DNA from: Cladosporium halotolerans
Taxonomy: Eukaryota
Assembly (NCBI RefSeq): GCF_011745625.1
Contig: NW_027191472.1
Span: 124,001-188,000, forward strand
Reading direction: 5' to 3'
Length of the DNA stretch: 64,000 nt
Shown: positions 1 through 13,203 of the stretch, one piece after another
How the letters are laid out: every line of letters starts with the position of its first letter
Numbering within the stretch: the first letter of the stretch is position 1
Translations under genes and position numbers: made by a program
Notes under the pieces: generated by a model
Databases searched by the model: none
Told to the model about the DNA's origin: nothing
The model's input: only the letters and a program-made list of their open reading frames with translations

Positions 1-487
1 GATCGACCTGAACATGCTCAACGCTTCGCGAGCAAATTGCCCGATACCGATGGACGCCGAGAAGCCAAACCACTACAAGCCGCAATCACCGTACGCGTAC
101 ACACCGGCGCACTACCCGCAGGAGCCCTTGGGCATCTTCGATGACCCTCGCCTGTACAGCCGGATTGACACCGACAGTCTCTTCTACGCCTTCTACTACA
201 GACAGGGAACCTATCAGCAGTACCTGGCGGCGAAGGCGCTTAAGAGCCAAAGCTGGCGGTTCCACAAGCAGTACCAAACGTGGTTCCAGAGGCACGAGGA
301 GCCCAAGACGATCACGGAGGAGTTCGAGCAGGGCACCTATCGTTTCTTTGATTACGAGAGCACTTGGTAAGCCTCTTCCCACAAAACACACTCCAACACG
401 AAGCACCCACTAACGTACTCCCGCAGGATGAACCGCAGGAAAGCAGACTTCAAGTTTGCATACAAGTTCCTCGAGGATGATTTGTAA
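1..487 (+). CDS. NOT3: CCR4-NOT complex subunit Not3/Not5, 3' part (NOT-box); 5' end outside window
   Basis: DTDSLFYAFYYRQGTYQQYLAAKALKSQSWRFHKQYQTWFQRHEEPK...YRFFDYESTW. Intron 367-426 (GTAAGC..CTAAC..CAG) continues to MNRRKADFKFAYKFLEDDL*. Confidence 0.93.
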
Positions 488-1908
488 AGCGGCAGGTCTC
501 GCCCCCTGACTCGCTACGTAGTTGCACACACCCGCCGTCACAACAAGGCGTGTAAGAATAGTAGACTAGCGCCTTTCGAGAACGTATTCTCCCTCGGTCC
601 TAGACACACACAAATCGAACATGCATCAGAGGGCGCCCGGCAATCCGAGGGCGTCTGAAGAGTCACTGCATTGTGCTTCGCTAGACTGACTTGCTTCGAT
701 GGTTCGTGCTTCCGAGTGCTTTGTTGTGTGAGCGTTTTATCAGAGGTAGGTGACACTATTGTTTTCGACGAACGGCGAAAGACTCACTACCGCGCTGCTG
801 GCTGCCTTGCGCCTCGAGATTGATCAATCTGAGAAGGCAACGCTTGGGGTGAGGCACTCAGGCTGAACAAGGCAATCGACTGTGGCGTATCCGAGTGCCG
901 AGGAATAAAGATCTGGCTGCCTTCATGATAGAACTCTCACAATAAATGAGGCGCCAAATAGTAAGCCCCGACTCTGTGGCGTCGAACGGATAGTACTATT
1001 ACTTCCAGCCGAGTGCGTGCAACGAGTTGTGTCTTTCGAGACATCACGCGTTGGCGTGTCACAGCTGGCGATTGGACCGAGGCGAGGCGAGGTCTGTCGG
1101 CGAATCACAGAGCGAAGCAGTACGTGTACCGAAGCGACCTAGTTATGCAGGGCTGGTCTACTCGATCTCCTTGAAGTTGCCTGGCTGCTGGCCCTTTTTA
1201 CACTGTGCCGACACGCGACATTCCTTTGTCGCCAGCGCAGGCCGTGACAGCGTGTTCCGGCTGGAGAGATGAGGGCACCCAATAGGAACCGCCTGTAGTC
1301 ACTGTGCCCTACGCTTTCCGCGACACTCGTACGTATCGAGAAGGCACCTTGATTTTCAGGCACACATGGCGCCACGCTATAGCATATTTTTTCGCCTAGG
1401 ACGACTGTTGGAAGGACCTGGTCTGTGATGATTATTGGCATTCGAATGATTTACGAGTCCTCCAGCAGGGGAGAGCCAGTCACGATGTCTCTCCTTCAGA
1501 AATCGAGTAACGTGACTAGTTGAGGCCGCCCGCGATTTAGTGCTGTTTGCCTTAATCTTCCGCGAATGCCTCTCGCCTTGCTAATTGGGTGGCTGGGAGG
1601 GTAACGTCTTGAGAGATGACTGTCGTCTCTGCTATCCTAAAGGTTCCGATACACTTGCGACGCAGAACTAAGCTTTCTGAATGTCGTTTCATCGTTCAGC
1701 GGTGAGCTCGAAATGTGATGAGGCAGTCTCAAAGGAAACCGGCTTTGCTGGTGAGGCGCAATGTGAGGCGGGTTGGAGAGGCGGCCTCTTCGTGGAGGAG
1801 CGAATGCACCCTCGAGCACTTAAAGATATGTACCTTTCCGTAGTCGCATTTGCTAGACATATCGAAGACACTTTGAATTACAATCACTTCATCTTGACAA
1901 CCAAAATC

Positions 1909-2518
1909 ATGTACGGCAATAGCAGAGGACAGTTCGCCACGTATACCGACGGCGACGACTACTATCAACGTTACTCAGGCCAAGAGCCTCGATCAAATCA
2001 GTCACAAGCATATCGCCACTCAACGAGTGACCCCAATAGGCCACAGTACGGTCCTGGGGCCACCTCCGTGAGCCGCCAGAGCCAGTATGCTCGAACTCCG
2101 AGCGGCTATGCGGAAGACCAAATGTACCAATCGCAGGGAATGGCAAGAGGGCCCTCCTCGCAATCAACAAACACCAACGGGAGCTCTCCTGGGTCTCCAG
2201 GATCGTACAAGGCAAAAGAGTACGTACCTTGCAATCTTGCTCGCGCCTTACCGAGCCGATACTGACTTCGTCAAAAGGAAACCCTATCACTGCATTGAAC
2301 CAGGCTGCATGTCTCCAAAAGGGGATCTCACTTCCTTCGCTCGAAGGGACGAGTTGACTCGGCATTACCAGACACATCGCGGAGAAGATCGCGAATTGTT
2401 TGCTTGCCCGGTAGCTGGGTGCAATCGTTCGGGCGCTTATGGTCTTCCTCGAAAAGACAAGTTGAACGATCACTTGAGAACAGTCCACAAGATGTCGAAC
2501 CAGGCGATTCGGTATTGA
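1909..2518 (+). CDS. Small C2H2 zinc-finger protein with S/Y/G/Q-rich N-terminus
   Basis: ATG 1909; intron 2220-2277 (GTACGT..CTGAC..AAG) joins KAKE-KPYHC. Two fingers: CIEPGC..FARRDELTRHYQTH and CPVAGC..PRKDKLNDHLRTVH. Confidence 0.75.
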
Positions 2519-3080
2519 GGGCGGATAGCCGGAGTTGCGGAATGTTTTATTAATCTGTTGAGAGTGTGTACTATTTCTGTATGAGTATTTCTCTGGGTTG
2601 GTCTGTGGGTAGAGGCAATGGTTGAGAGCAGAAATGACATGAGATGATAGCAGATATCCCGGTGAACAAGCTTTTGAAGGGCTGCTGACAACAAGCTCTT
2701 CTTTCAATTGAACGTCTCTTCCCCGAAAAAAATATCACCTTTTCAGCCCCATGCTATTCACGTGGGAGCATGGTATTGCTGACAATGCTTGTGCATGATT
2801 ATTCCATTGCATGATCGAGAGACAGAATGGCTCTGAGTGCCAGTGAGGATTTGGGCGGCAACCCCAACCCTAACCCTCGCAACCTGAAGTTCAAGACAGA
2901 AGTCGCTGACCGCATAGAAGAGACTTTTGACTATCGATAAATTCCAACGCTCGGGCCAACAGCCGTCCAAACCCCGAGCGGCGCAGAGAAAAAGTCCAGG
3001 ATGGCCCGAGCCCGCTAGTTCGGAAGTGCATCCAGCCTGGCTTTGAAGATGCTTGTCGCATTGCCCTTCGCCACGAGGAA

Positions 3081-5216
3081 ATGAAGCTGTATGCCAGCGA
3101 AGACGACTTCATCCGCGAAGCAAACCCCCGCAAGCAAGCCTACCTCAACAAGCGCCTAAGGTACAAGAAGCGCCCCGTCTACCCGGCTCTTATGTCCGGT
3201 GGCCTGCCGTCGCCAGATCAAGAAAAAGATATGGTCGCGCAGACGCAGAAGAAGAGGAAGGAGGATGTGAGGAAGAAGGAGGACAAGAAGAAGCGCAAGC
3301 TGGAAGAGGATGTCGACGCTTCGCTCACCAACGGTGACGCCGTCGCTGCCGCCGCGCCTGCTGTGAACGGCGATGCTGCCGCCGACGAGCCTGCTGCGAA
3401 GAAGTCGAAGAAGGAGCACAAGAAGGAGAAGAAGCAGAAGCGCGAGGCCGCCGCGGAAGACGCGCAGGACGTCCGCGAAGAGGAGATCGAGGCGGAGGAG
3501 CAGGTCAACGGAGAACTGAAGGATGCCGCCGAGGAAGCAGATGCTGCCAATGTCGAAGACGACGACTTTGAAGGTTTCGGCTCGGAGAACGAGGAGGGCC
3601 AGGACGAGGATGAAGAGTCTGCTGAGGAGGGCCAGGAGGAATCCAAAGCGAGCGGCGATCTGGGAGAACAGTCCGACCTACCGTCTGCTCTTGGTGTCTC
3701 GTTACCGAACACAGACGCAAACCCCAAGAAGTTTACCGAACTCAACCTGTCCGAGCGAACATTGAAGGCGATCAACGACATGCCATACGAGACCATGACC
3801 GAGATTCAGCAACGCGCGATCCCTCCCGCGCTTGCAGGTAGAGATGTGCTTGGTGCTGCGAAGACGGGATCTGGCAAGACTCTTGCTTTCTTGATTCCTG
3901 CGATCGAGATGCTTCACTCCCTTCGATTCAAGCCTAGAAACGGAACCGGTGTCATTGTTGTCTCTCCGACGAGAGAATTGGCACTGCAGATCTTTGGTGT
4001 TGCGAGAGAGCTCATGGAACACCACTCACAAACATACGGTATCGTCATCGGCGGTGCCAACCGAAGAGCAGAGGCCGAGAAGCTGGCAAAGGGTGTCAAC
4101 CTTTTGATCGCCACTCCTGGTCGTCTTCTCGATCACCTGCAGAACACTCAAGGCTTTGTCTTCAAGAACATCAAAGCCCTCGTCATCGACGAGGCCGACA
4201 GAATTCTTGAAGTTGGTTTCGAAGATGAGATGCGCCAGATCGTCAAGATTTTGCCCAAGGAGGACCGCCAGACAATGCTCTTCTCCGCTACACAGACAAC
4301 GAAGGTCGAGGATCTTGCCAGAATATCGCTTAGGCCCGGTCCTCTGTATGTCAACGTGGACCACCAGCAGGAGCACAGCACAGTCGCTGGCCTGGAGCAG
4401 GGTTACGTGATTTGCGAGAGTGACATGCGCTTCAAGCTGCTGTTCACATTCCTCAAGAAGCACCCCAAGAAGAAGATCATCGTCTTTTTCAGCAGCTGCA
4501 ACTGTGTCAAGTACTACTCCGAGCTCCTCAACTACATCGACCTCCCCGTACTGGATCTGCACGGCAAGCAAAAGCAGCAGAAGCGCACGAACACTTTCTT
4601 CGAATTCTGCAACGCAAAGCAGGGCACACTGATTTGCACAGATGTTGCTGCCCGTGGTCTCGATATTCCCGCCGTCGACTGGATTGTCCAGTTCGACCCG
4701 CCTGATGACCCCAGAGATTACATCCACCGTGTCGGTCGTACAGCCAGAGGCGCCAACGGCAAGGGCAAGAGTTTGATGTTCCTGCAGCCCAACGAGGTCG
4801 GCTTCCTCGGCCACCTCAAGGAGGCCAAGGTCCCGCTTGTCGAGTTCGAGCTCCCCCCGAAGAAGATCCTGGACATCCAGAGTCAGCTCGAGATGCTCAT
4901 CGGCAAGAACTACTACTTGAACAAGGTAAGACCCCACAATCCACATCCAATCGCTTCCGCAACAGATAGCTAACATTAACCCTCACAGTCCGCCAAAGAC
5001 GGCTACCGCTCCTACCTCCAAGCCTACGCCTCCCACAGCTTGCGCAGCGTCTTCAACATCAACAGCCTCGACCTTGTCAAGGTCGCCAAATCCTTCGGTT
5101 TCCCCACTCCTCCGCGCGTCGACATCGCTCTCGGCGCCAGCATGAAGAAGGGTAACGAGGGCCGTCGCGCGTACGGCAGCCAGCCGAAGCAGGGCGGTCA
5201 CCGCAAGAAGTACTAA
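3081..5216 (+). CDS. HAS1: ATP-dependent DEAD-box RNA helicase Has1 (start may be ATG 3231)
   Basis: [31 protein letters not shown] motifs. Intron 4926-4988; last exon [22 protein letters not shown]...[12 protein letters not shown] is typical of Has1. Confidence 0.95.
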
Positions 5217-5789
5217 GCGCGAGTGTAGAGAGTGAGGAAATGGCGCTTCGTTTGTATGCATGGCGTGGCATTGTCTGGTTATTTGGCCCGTGTGGAAGCG
5301 GAGTCCTTGAATTGTTGTAATCTTATCCCCAAAAAATTGAGCGAAGGCGTTACTGTCCTTTTTTCTTCTGTGTACGCCTTCCCAGGGTCCTTTCCTTCTG
5401 TATGTTTCGTGGCGTTGGGATTCCGCGACAAGCTGCCACCTGCATGATCGACAGACGACAATAGCACTCCCCACTTCTGTGATCACTCTCCCGCACGAAC
5501 GGGCATGGTTGAAGTCACTGGGTCTCTTGCAGAGTGGTATCCAGATCCGTGAGAAAATAGGAAGTTGACAAAGAAGCACAAACACGAGCACGTTTCAGAT
5601 TTTTCGCATTCTGACAAAAGCTTAAGCCATGCTATTCTGCTAGTAGTACATGTACGGTCTGCGCATGAGCGCTAAATCCAGACCGACTCAAGCAACCGCC
5701 TCAGTAGGCATTTTTAGAGCGTTTTCCCGCTTGTCCCGTTTACAAAAACCATAAACCGAATTAAAGTCCTCATCGCAATCCGCTCACGC

Positions 5790-8700
5790 TCATCGTCCGT
5801 TAGTCGGAGGCGCTCTCCTCGGCCCGGCAGCGCCGTGGTTGGCGTGCAGCGTCTTGAAACCGTTCTTCAGCGCGTTCATGTTCGGGTACTTGTTGCCCTG
5901 CAGCTCGAAGCCCGAGGGGATGACCTTGGCGTGCCAGTGAACGGCCTTGCTCTGGTGGTCCTTCTTGAACATGAGCAGGAAGTAGCCCGGGTGGCTGGGG
6001 TTGAGGCAGAAGCCGTACACGCTGCGCTTGGAGCCGTTGGCCAGAGCGTAGGTGGTGAGGTACTCGTCTGTAGATATGTGCGTTAGTGGGTGTCTGAAAT
6101 TGGAAGGGGGGAGTGGGGCGATGACATACCTAGGCCCTTGGGATCGAGGTCCTGGAACTTCTCGTCGGCCATCATCTCAGTGACCTTCTTCGCCATGGCC
6201 TTGACGTGCAAGACGATCAGCTCGTCCAGATCGCTGTAGCTGGATTTGCCGACGCGCAGAGTCCGTCCAACACTGTACTCGTTCTCCTTGTCGAGCTCGA
6301 GGACGTCGATGTGCTGGTAGATGTTCTCGTGGACCTTCCATGTCACTGCAAGATGATCTGTTCCCTTAGAAGATGGTCTGATAATGCAGTCGCCACGGCC
6401 CTGGAGGGAAAGCTCCGCTTCGGCCTGATGCGAGTTGTAGGGTCGGAAGAGCGAATGCTTGACGACACGTTGGATGCGGCCAGCCTCTTTCTGGCTCGCG
6501 CGCCTGGCTTCTTGTTGGTCACGAGCCTCTTGATTCTCGTCCCACTCATCTGTGAAGCAGTCAGTATTCAACCGTGCGGTCTCAAGAACAGTAGACTTAC
6601 CATAATCGTGATCGAACTGGCGGCGGAAAGGATTCTTCATCTCCACATCACGCATAGTCAGTTGAGCATGGAGCTTCTTGCGGTCAAGATGCGTGATCTT
6701 TGCTCTGATTGTCTGATGAATAGACCACACGTTCCTGGGCTCAAGCGCGTTGGCGCTGACCTCATCTGGGAATTCCGAGAGCGAGACGCTACCGTCGATT
6801 CCACAGTCGAGCTTGACCTCGATGTGGTCACTGAAAGTCCGCTTGACCTGTACCGGGATAATCATGTGCTCCTGTAGAGAATCTTGCGTCTCGCCAGTCA
6901 TCATCGTGAAGGTGTCGTTCGATGAGAGGAATGTGAAGTTACGCCTAAGCTCCTCGAATGGATTCTGCAACTCAGCACGGATGGACTCCAAAGTAGCCCT
7001 CTTCTTCTGGCCGAATTTCGTCTCCAGCTGTTCGGCGTACTCCTCGAGCAGAAGATCGTTCACCTTGTCTTGAGCATCATCTGAAACGAGTTTGCGAACA
7101 ACAGCGGTTGGGCCATTCTGATCGACTTCGTTCTTGATGTCTTCCTCGTCAAGCTCCAGCGCATCGGCTGCAATTTTGCGTGCAATATCGTAATCTTCGG
7201 GATGAATTCTTGTGTTGTCGAGGTAGTCCGTGTCGTTCTCGGTGGCGTCGTAGACGACGTACAAAAAGCTGGCGCAGTTGAGCCAGCACTTGGGCCCGAC
7301 GGCGGGTCTAATGTTGTGCTCTGTGTCACCGACCAGCTGGTCTCTGGTGTTGACTTCGCCGCCGTTAGAGTTGATGACCTTCAGCATTTGTGCAGCTTTG
7401 CGAGGACCAAGACCACAGATGTAGGGTAGAAGATTGGCAGTAGCCCGGTCGTTCACAGCCTCGTTGATGTCAATGCCAACCAGGTTGACCATGTCAACCA
7501 TAGCAGATTCCAGAGCTTTGATAAGCTTGTCCTCAGGCAGCAGATGCTGGTTGGGGTCGAAGCTAATTGAGATGATATCCCGCCCGAGCGCAGCATACTC
7601 CTTCATGGGGTTCTGCATGTACATCGCAAGCGCAATGCTGTAGCGGGTGAGAGGCGGGACACTGGGATGGTCGGTCGTGGCACGGTTCGAAGTGTGGTAG
7701 AGGCGCGCAACTTCATCGTTGACAATGCAGACTTCCAGAGGATCCGAAACCTCGTGATCGCCTTCCTCGTCGGGGTCGTCATATGGTGTGCCTTGAAGAT
7801 TGTGCCTCTCAACAATGTCTTGAAGGTCCTTGTAGAGACGGCGAGTCTCAACAGACCATCCAGATACGGCAATGACATCGGGCTTCCGGCGCTCAACCAG
7901 CTCGACGAAAGGCGCAACATCCTTGCCATCCGAGGTGTACTTCTCAGGATTGCCAAGTCTCATATCTGTGAACTTCCCGTTTTCCAGCACACGGCCGTTC
8001 TCGTCGACGTAAGCCCAGCATATCGCATCAGAGCGGTTACCAGCACCGTTGGAAAGCGCAAGCACACGAGGCGTGGTGCCCAGGACCATGCCCTTAGGCT
8101 TGTAAGGAGCCTGATCAAGCTTGCTACTGTATGCGTCGCGGCAATCATTGGCAATTTTGCTTTCACAAACGTTCCTCATGTGGTCTTTCCAGCCCTTGGC
8201 AATCACCCGGTGGAGCTTCACAAAAGCTTGCTGTACGACCTCGCGGCGAAGGCTGTTCCATGCATCTGCGACCTCCGAGAAGTTGTCCGATTCCATGCTC
8301 TTAGTCAAATCATCCACAATGCGACGTTCATCTTTCAGACGGATCTTGATCTCGATCAATCCATCTTGCTCCGCCTTCAACATGCGCAGGAAGAGGTCTG
8401 GCCGACTGAAGAAGTTGCGAATGCCCTGGTTGCGAAGGTACTTGAACTCATAGTAAGGGTGTTCAGCATCGATCTGCTTCTTACCCTTGTCGGTGCGAAC
8501 GGCGTCAAAAACCATGTGCTGAACAAACATCTTGCGAAGATGCCTCCTGAGACGAGGATTTGTGGAGATTTCCTCGACGAACATTGCCCTAGCGGAGTTG
8601 AGCACCTCTTTGCCGGTCCTGTATTCCGGTTCCTGTACCAGGGTGTCCGCCATGTCGTCCGGCCTCACGTCTGGATCCTCGGTATAGTTCTTGCGGCCGA

Positions 8701-10228
8701 TCTTCGAGGTGTTTTGGGCGAAAGCGTCTGCGGTGATACCGAAAGCGCGCACAAGGTGGTAAGCATTGCCAGAGCGGACTTTGTCCCAGACACTGCGCGT
8801 ACCCCTCGCACGCTTTTGTGTTCCGTTCGTCTCGGCCTCTGCGGTGCTAAGATCTTTGAGCTGCTGCGAGTACTGAAAGTTGAGGTAATCCTGAAGGTCT
8901 TGCAGATCCTCAATTTCGATAGCATCGGGCATCAGATCGTCGAAGATAGTGTCATTGAAGTCGGGCATCATCTCCTTCAGTGTCTCCACGCTCCTACGGA
9001 TTCCCTCTCTCTTTTCCGCGAAGGCGCGGTATTTGAGGTCGTAGTCAAGCAGCTCCCAGAGGTTAGTCTGGTTCAATAGCTTCTCAGCCTTGATCTCATA
9101 GGCCGGCGCATCCGGATCCTTTGGATCACGAGGGAGCGGGATCTGCTCTGAGTGGATGAGATAATCCTTGCGGTTCTGGAAAATGAATGCCGGCTCGTAC
9201 TCCTCCACATTCATGAAGTAGAGGACCTTTGACACAGCCTGCTCAAAGGGCTCGCGGAGTGATCCTGGAAGTTGCTGTTGCGGGAACATGGTGTTGGAGA
9301 TCCACTTGGCTTCCTCGGCCATGCGCTCGGTCTGTTCCTCCTCTGAGAGCTCAGCAAAATCCTTGTAGGGTTTGCGCGCAAGCTGCAAGCGCTCAGGGAC
9401 GTCTGTCAAGCGAATGTGGTTGTCCTCATCTGTGAGCATTTTCTCAACCAGCTGTGACGGTTCGAAAACATCTTTGAGCTCCAGAGGCTTATCCGGATCA
9501 ACTTCCTCGGCCTGCAGGTCTTTCTCGACATCAAGAGCCCACTCGAACTCATTGCCATCGCCAAAGGCGCCGCGCATATCCTCGAGATCCGCTTCGTCCA
9601 GACCCTGGTCTTTGAAGTTCTGCAGGTCGGCGAATCCTGCCTTTGAAGGCTGCCTGATCTCCAGATCCTCGCGCATTTTCTCGCCCTCCTCATCGGGAAA
9701 CTCGTCCTCCTCAATGAAATCGTCCATCTCGTCGCCGAAGCCAAAAGCGCCGCGATTGCGCGCCGCACCGGCGCCCTCTGCACCTTCTTCATCGTCGGAG
9801 AAGATGTCCTCGACACCGCGCGCTTCGCTGGCAGGGCGTTCCTCTCTGTGGCCTCTCTTCAGGCGCTTGTACTTTGATTTCTGGGCTTGCTGGCCCTCGC
9901 GGTCCGGGTTGATTTCTCCGATGAGATCCAGGTCCTCGTCGTCCAGGACGTCGTCCTCGGCTTCCTCCCTGCGCCTCTTCTTCCTCTCTTCGCGCCTCTC
10001 TCTCCTACGCTGCTTCGCCTCCTCATCATCCTCGTCCTCATCGACAATGAAGCCCTCGCGAACCTCGCGCTCGGCCTCTTCATCATCATCGTCCTCCTCC
10101 TCGCTCGAGTCATTCAGGTCGGGGTTCTTGGAGCGGCGCGCGGTCGGCTGTCCCTCCTCGTCCAGCTCCTCTTCCTCTTCTTCCTCGCCGCTGGCGACGT
10201 CGGCAGTCTCGTCGAAGAAGTCGGCCAT
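5790..10228 (-). CDS. SPT6: Transcription elongation factor / histone chaperone Spt6
   Basis: Acidic N-terminus from ATG 10228 (MADFFDETA), core with NDEVARLY, GLGPRKA, LDNTRIHPEDY, S1 region and tandem SH2 (IRPSSKGTDHLAVTWKV). Introns 6550-6600 and 6068-6129. Confidence 0.96.
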
Positions 10229-11725
10229 GGTTAATGTTTGTGGTGGATTAAAGAAGGGATAGAAGGTGTGAGGTTGTCGGGAAAGCGCAGAGATACAATT
10301 GAGGCAGTAGTACTGCAACAGGCAGCGACTGGAGCAAAGCGCCTGCGCAAGTTGTTTTTGATGGCGGTATGATGATAGGTGGTGTCGCGTTGGTCGTGTT
10401 GGCGCTGCAGCTTGAACAATCCCTCGCGGAAGTCAGGCTACAGATTTGGAAGGTTACCCGAGTGATGCACGTGTCGCGCGAAGCTGTGAATACTTTACGT
10501 TTACCATATTGTGAATATCTTACATTACCAATTATTATATAATGTTTAGTTGAACGCGAATGTACCGAGAAGTGAAGTTTGGTAACAATTCAGGATACCA
10601 TTTCAGTATTACGCGAAGACCGTGTGATCGAAGAAGATCTATCGTGAAGCCAACCTATGCATGTTTCACTGCTTCCCACCACCCACACGAAAGTCAGCGG
10701 CATGTTCATTGTGAGTTCTTCGAACGGGTGATGACCTATTGACGGAACAAAGGCGAGGGCAACACGTTACATTGCCTCACATGTGTTGAGGTGCTTTTGA
10801 ACTTATTCAAGTCTGCATCACATTCTGTCAACACCAGTAATCAAATGTCACCCGTAACGTGAGGTTCAATTGGCGATAGTTCATCGGATGCGTGGAGATT
10901 GGGCTTTGTCCACGTAAAAGCGAAGACAGCTTCAGCAGGTCAAGTTCAAAAGTATCGGTGAAACAAGGACGAAGCAGCGTAAGGCCTCTTAAGCTCCGAG
11001 ACGCTGTGATCTATTTCTTCGCCTGCCATGAAGAGTGGTTCACGTCAGGCAACTTGAAGCCACCAATAGTGGCAGCTTGGCAATCTCCTGTTGAGGCCGA
11101 AACGGGACGGGTTTCAGCAGTGGAGCTTTTGTGGTCGGGCTGTCATGCAACCCTTCCCCTGAGAAAGAATGCTTTGTCAGTAACGTCACAACTAGATGCG
11201 AAATCTCCATAACTTCACTCCTCTTCAGACATAATCTCTGGTTCGCTCTTGAAGCTTTGGCCGATTACGGTGCAATCCCCGTCGGGCCGTGGAGCCACCA
11301 CCGAACCCTGAAGCCCTGAGGCCGAACGAGGCTCAAAGTCAAAGCCCACTCCCCCTCCACACGGCCAAACACGGCCATCCTTGCGGCCAACACCCTATCC
11401 CGAAGCTTTACTGCCTAGGAACGCTGTCTCCACTACCTGCTGGCTCTGGACTTATGAGCGGCAGATCGTGGACGACCAATATCAAGCCTCATATTTCAGC
11501 TGAACACCAGCACCCCTCTTTCATACGAACGTGAGAACGCAGCTCAACTGCTAGCAAAGCCAACTTCTGGCAACCGGACACGCTCAGACTCACCTCCACA
11601 GCGATCGTCCCAACAGCGACGTCTTTCTGTTTGGTTTCATTCGCGTCCACACGACTCTCCCCTGAACCGTTCGACACCCCCGCCGCTTTCCGCCCGCCGC
11701 GCGAAGCGGCACACTCTCTGCCATC

Positions 11726-13203
11726 ATGTCGGACCAATTCAAGGCGAAGACCATGAAGCGCAAGAACGTGAAAGGCCTGGCGCTGAACGCAGCACCAAAG
11801 GCCCCAGCGCCATCCGCCGAAGATTCCCAAGTCCCGGGCAGCCTGGGCAACCCGAATAACGACAGGGCGGACACGCTGGAGATCGGCGTGGAGTTCAGGC
11901 TTGATCTCCGGAGCGAGGACTTGGTGGTTTTAAGAGACCTTGGAGCAGGAAACGGCGGCACAGTGAGCAAGGTCTTGCACAAGCCCAGGAATCTGGTCAT
12001 GGCACGCAAGATTATCCACGTGGAGGCGAAGAAAGAGGTGCGGAAACGGATCGTGCGGGAGCTGCAAATCATGTTTGAGTGCAACTCGCCTTACATTGTC
12101 GAGTTCTACGGAGCGTTCATGAACGACTCGGGGGATGTGACGATGTGCATGGAATACGCTGATGTTGGGTAAGATTGCACAGGATAACTCTTCAGGGAAG
12201 TCCATCACTGACTCTGTCTAGATCGCTCGACAGCATATCCAAGAACTTCGGCCCTGTCCGCGTCGACGTCCTTGGAAAGATCGCAGAGGCCGTTCTCGGT
12301 GGTCTTACCTACCTTTACCAGGCACACAGGATCATGCATCGCGACATCAAGCCGTCAAACGTCTTGATCAACAGCAGAGGAGAGATCAAGCTTTGTGACT
12401 TCGGTGTGAGCAGTGAATTGGAAAACAGTGTTGCAGACACGTTCGTCGGCACAGGCACATACATGGCACCTGAGCGAATTCAGGGTAGCCCGTACACCGT
12501 CAAGAGTGATGTGTGGAGTGTGGGCTTGACCCTGATGGAGTTGGCGATCGGCAAATTCCCCTTCAGCATCGAGAGCGAGGATGACGATGAGGCAGCTGGC
12601 CCTCAGGGTATCCTCGATCTATTGCAGCAGATCGTCCTCGAGCCGTCCCCAAAGCTTCCCAAGAGCGACGCTTTCCCGCAGATCCTCGAGGACGTGATTG
12701 CAAAGTGCTTGATGAAGAACCCTGACGAACGTCCGACGCCGAGAGAGCTCTTTGACGCGGATCCTTTCCTGCAAGCCGCTAAGCGTACGCCTGTCGACCT
12801 CCGCCAGTGGGCCGTCAGCATGATGGAGAAGCAGAACCGCAAGAGCCATCTAGGTCCCCCGCTCAGCCCAGCGACGAAGGAGCTCCTTCGGAGTGATGAC
12901 GCTTCCAATGCTGCACCGCCGCCCGAGCGGACATCCTCGGCAGGCGGCATCAATGGAAGCTCTGCACCTCCTACGGCAAGGCCAGCATATCCGATCCGGA
13001 CGAGCAGCGCTCAGAGCGCCAATCACCACCAGATGGATCTACCGATCAGGCAGGCCCCTCCGGCCACCAGCAGGCGGATCGAAAGAGAGCGCTCTGATAC
13101 TGGCGGCAGCGACAGAAGCGACGGCTACCGTAGAGCACCAAGACCTGGATACTCTGATTCACCGCGACACTACCAGCATGTAGACTCCTACCAACAAAGA
13201 TGA
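11726..13203 (+). CDS. STE7: MAP kinase kinase, Ste7/Mst7 type
   Basis: N-terminal MAPK docking motif MKRKNVKGLAL, GAGNGGTV, HRDIKPSN, DFG, SVADTFVGT activation loop. Intron 12169-12221. Confidence 0.95.

Noticed and set aside
7667..9079. 470-aa plus-strand ORF and other long antisense ORFs (4026-4976, 9372-10262, 36495-37361, 51984-52997, 54473-55363)
   Set aside because: Shadows of strongly codon-biased genes on the opposite strand; no recognisable motifs.
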